From positions 1-7,749 of the forward strand of contig JADGIF010000493.1 of assembly GCA_018985225.1 (NCBI GenBank): a stretch of 7,749 nucleotides of DNA, given 5' to 3'. A program made the translations under genes and the position numbers. This document shows, piece after piece, positions 5,770 through 7,749 of the stretch. Below the pieces are notes generated by a model that worked only from the letters and a program-made list of their open reading frames with translations, did no database searches and was not told where the DNA came from. The first letter of the stretch is position 1. Each line of letters begins with the position of its first letter. The DNA comes from Amoeboradix gromovi X-113. Taxonomy: Eukaryota; Fungi; Sanchytriomycota.

Positions 5770-7749
5770 ATGAATCGGGAAACGATTTATGAATGTCTTG
5801 AGCTACCATTAATTCACTCAGAGCCCGATTTCCTTTTCCCTTTTCAGCGTGATAACATAGATAGAATGCAAATTATAGAGTCTACAATTAAATCCGGTAT
5901 TTTAGCGGACGAAATGGGACTTGGAAAGACCATACAACTACTGCATCTGATTAAAAACAACAACTCTGGATCCACGCTTATTATCACCCCCAAGCATTTA
6001 CTGAATCAGTGGAAATCAGAAACTTCTACCTACTTTCCTAATCTTTCATTTTGTGAGTATGACAAAAACGAAATTGAATCTTTGCACTCATACGATATTG
6101 TTTTCGCTGTTTATCAAGTAGTTTCTAAAGAATATTATTATTCAATCGATGACAATCAACGCAGCCGTCGAGCTAGTCGCAAATATCAAAGGCCTGTATG
6201 TTCTTTTATCAAGTACCCTTGGTATCGCCTCATTATTGACGAGGGCCAAATGGTTGATAACACATACTCTAAATTGTCTCAAATGTGTTCCAAAATTCCA
6301 GCTCAAATCAGATGGTTCTGTAGTGGTAGTCCTTTCGGTAATAATGTTTTTCGTGATATAATTGGTATCTCGACCTTCTTGCAGCTCCCTATTCCCCAAT
6401 TTACAGAGAGTGCTGTAATTGATTTTCTTAAACCAATATTCATTCGCCACAGCAAATCTACTGTTATTCACCAGCTAAACATCCCTAAACAGCAAATTGT
6501 CCATCACTACTTACAATCTTCCATGGTTGAAAAGGAGATTTATGAGCGTGAATTAGCAGCATTTAAATCGGACTATTCTCATATCGAGACTATCACTAAG
6601 ATTCTTAATGCAAAGCATTTAACAGGCAAACAAAAACTATTTCTATCGCAATTGCAACAAGTCTTTAATAAATTGTGTTTATTATGTAATTCTTCGAAGT
6701 ACATAACACTGCAACCTGTGCAAAATGAGAAGTCACTATTGGATACACTGTATCTGCAAACTGTGTTTGATTACTACGATTTAGTTTTCAAATTAAATGA
6801 CCAACAGCTGTTGTTGGCTCGATGCAAGGAGTTTACCAGACATTTTGATGAGAATTTAAATGATTTGAATAGCTGCATATCTTTTCATATAGACAACATA
6901 CATATGATGATGCAATACACGAGAAGATTATGTATTTTAAATGGTATGGTGTATTCTCCAGTGAATCTGAACATATTCGGGTTATCTGTAAATGCAAGAG
7001 AGTTCCCATTGTACGTATCATCGACGACTGTAGCTAAAGAGTATGCAAGCAAATGCGAACAGCAAGTCTTATCTCTGCTCGTGAAATTACATCATTTTTT
7101 CTTCTTAAAGGGATTGACACATAATCATCTACATGGATTGCAGGACAACGAGTATCTGCATTCCTCACAACTAATAAGAGACTATTGTTTGAATGCCAAA
7201 TTGGCAGTACTAGATTCTAACATTAATAAAATAGGGCCCAAAATTACTTTTAAAGTTAGGTTGATAAAACTGGATAATATTCCATTCCCGTTGGTGATTG
7301 CTTTGCATGTAGACTCTATAAAGCATCTTTGTAATTTAATCAATAAAGTGCAAGTACTGGCATCCAAGTGGATAAAATCTTTGTCTGTATTGTTAACGGC
7401 TAATGTGCTGGACCCAGTTTCATTGAATGATGAAATTGAAGATACCCTTTATGAAAAGAATGCAGAAATTCAGATCCAAATACCAATTTATCTAGAAATG
7501 ATAAATTTTTGCGTAGTTTATATGACGAGTCTCTGTTATGGCGCTGAAGTAGGGTTTGCGGTTAAACACAGTGCAGACGCAGTTTTAACAAGACACATAG
7601 TTTATCAAGAAAGCATCAAAGATCTGCATTCCCAATGTGGTACGAAATCAGATTTGTTTGAGGTATTGCCTTTTCAGTATTACTTGGCAAAATCTCAAGG
7701 TAATGATGAAATTCATATGTACAAAGAAAGTCATGATTGTTTAGTTAAG
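5770..7749 (+). CDS. SNF2-family ATPase, SHPRH/IRC20-like (RAD5/RAD16 group); 5' part only, 660 codons open to the window end
   Basis: Translated by hand from ATG 5770 with no stop to 7749. Q-motif LFPFQ, motif I GILADEMGLGKT, Ia TLIITPKHLLNQW, SRRASRKYQRP...PWYRLIIDEGQMV (cf. SHPRH/Irc20 WWRICLDEAQMV), motif III RWFCSGSP, FIRHSK..V..QLNIPKQ. The expected RING and C-terminal helicase domains would lie outside the window. Confidence 0.88.
   Translation, partial: MNRETIYECLELPLIHSEPDFLFPFQRDNIDRMQIIESTIKSGILADEMGLGKTIQLLHLIKNNNSGSTLIITPKHLLNQWKSETSTYFPNLSFCEYDKNEIESLHSYDIVFAVYQVVSKEYYYSIDDNQRSRRASRKYQRPVCSFIKYPWYRLIIDEGQMVDNTYSKLSQMCSKIPAQIRWFCSGSPFGNNVFRDIIGISTFLQLPIPQFTESAVIDFLKPIFIRHSKSTVIHQLNIPKQQIVHHYLQSSMVEKEIYERELAAFKSDYSHIETITKILNAKHLTGKQKLFLSQLQQVFNKLCLLCNSSKYITLQPVQNEKSLLDTLYLQTVFDYYDLVFKLNDQQLLLARCKEFTRHFDENLNDLNSCISFHIDNIHMMMQYTRRLCILNGMVYSPVNLNIFGLSVNAREFPLYVSSTTVAKEYASKCEQQVLSLLVKLHHFFFLKGLTHNHLHGLQDNEYLHSSQLIRDYCLNAKLAVLDSNINKIGPKITFKVRLIKLDNIPFPLVIALHVDSIKHLCNLINKVQVLASKWIKSLSVLLTANVLDPVSLNDEIEDTLYEKNAEIQIQIPIYLEMINFCVVYMTSLCYGAEVGFAVKHSADAVLTRHIVYQESIKDLHSQCGTKSDLFEVLPFQYYLAKSQGNDEIHMYKESHDCLVK

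Noticed and set aside
4745-7367. Small ORFs 4745..4960, 6142..6471, 6149..6361, 6833..7021 and 7182..7367
   Set aside because: All lie inside the patatin or the continuous SNF2 reading frame and have no independent support.
1-7749. Prokaryotic operon, CRISPR array, mobile element or nucleomorph origin
   Set aside because: The gene families are eukaryotic and carry spliceosomal introns. No repeat arrays, terminal repeats or transposase motifs were seen. A secreted PLA2 and a TGL3-like lipase are not typical nucleomorph content.

Overview
AT-rich, very gene-dense eukaryotic DNA. The gene content looks fungal/opisthokont and the standard genetic code is used. Five protein genes fill almost the whole window: (1) a single-ORF fusion of a HAD-IB (PYP1/MtnX-like) phosphatase to an SGF29-type tandem Tudor domain; (2) a MAM3/CNNM DUF21-CBS metal transport protein; (3) a secreted PLA2 with a YGxYCG calcium loop; (4) a convergent TGL3-like patatin with a degenerate catalytic site; (5) an SHPRH/IRC20-like SNF2 ATPase that runs off the right end and is missing from the ORF track. 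Three genes that look broken or truncated in the ORF track are each repaired by removing a GT-AG intron of exactly 19 nt. The three introns share the consensus GTA-N6-AYTWAYTTAG, pointing to an ultra-short, possibly fixed-length spliceosomal intron system. After splicing, the PLA2 and patatin coding sequences overlap tail-to-tail by 12 nt. All family assignments come from recognising motifs by eye; no searches were run.
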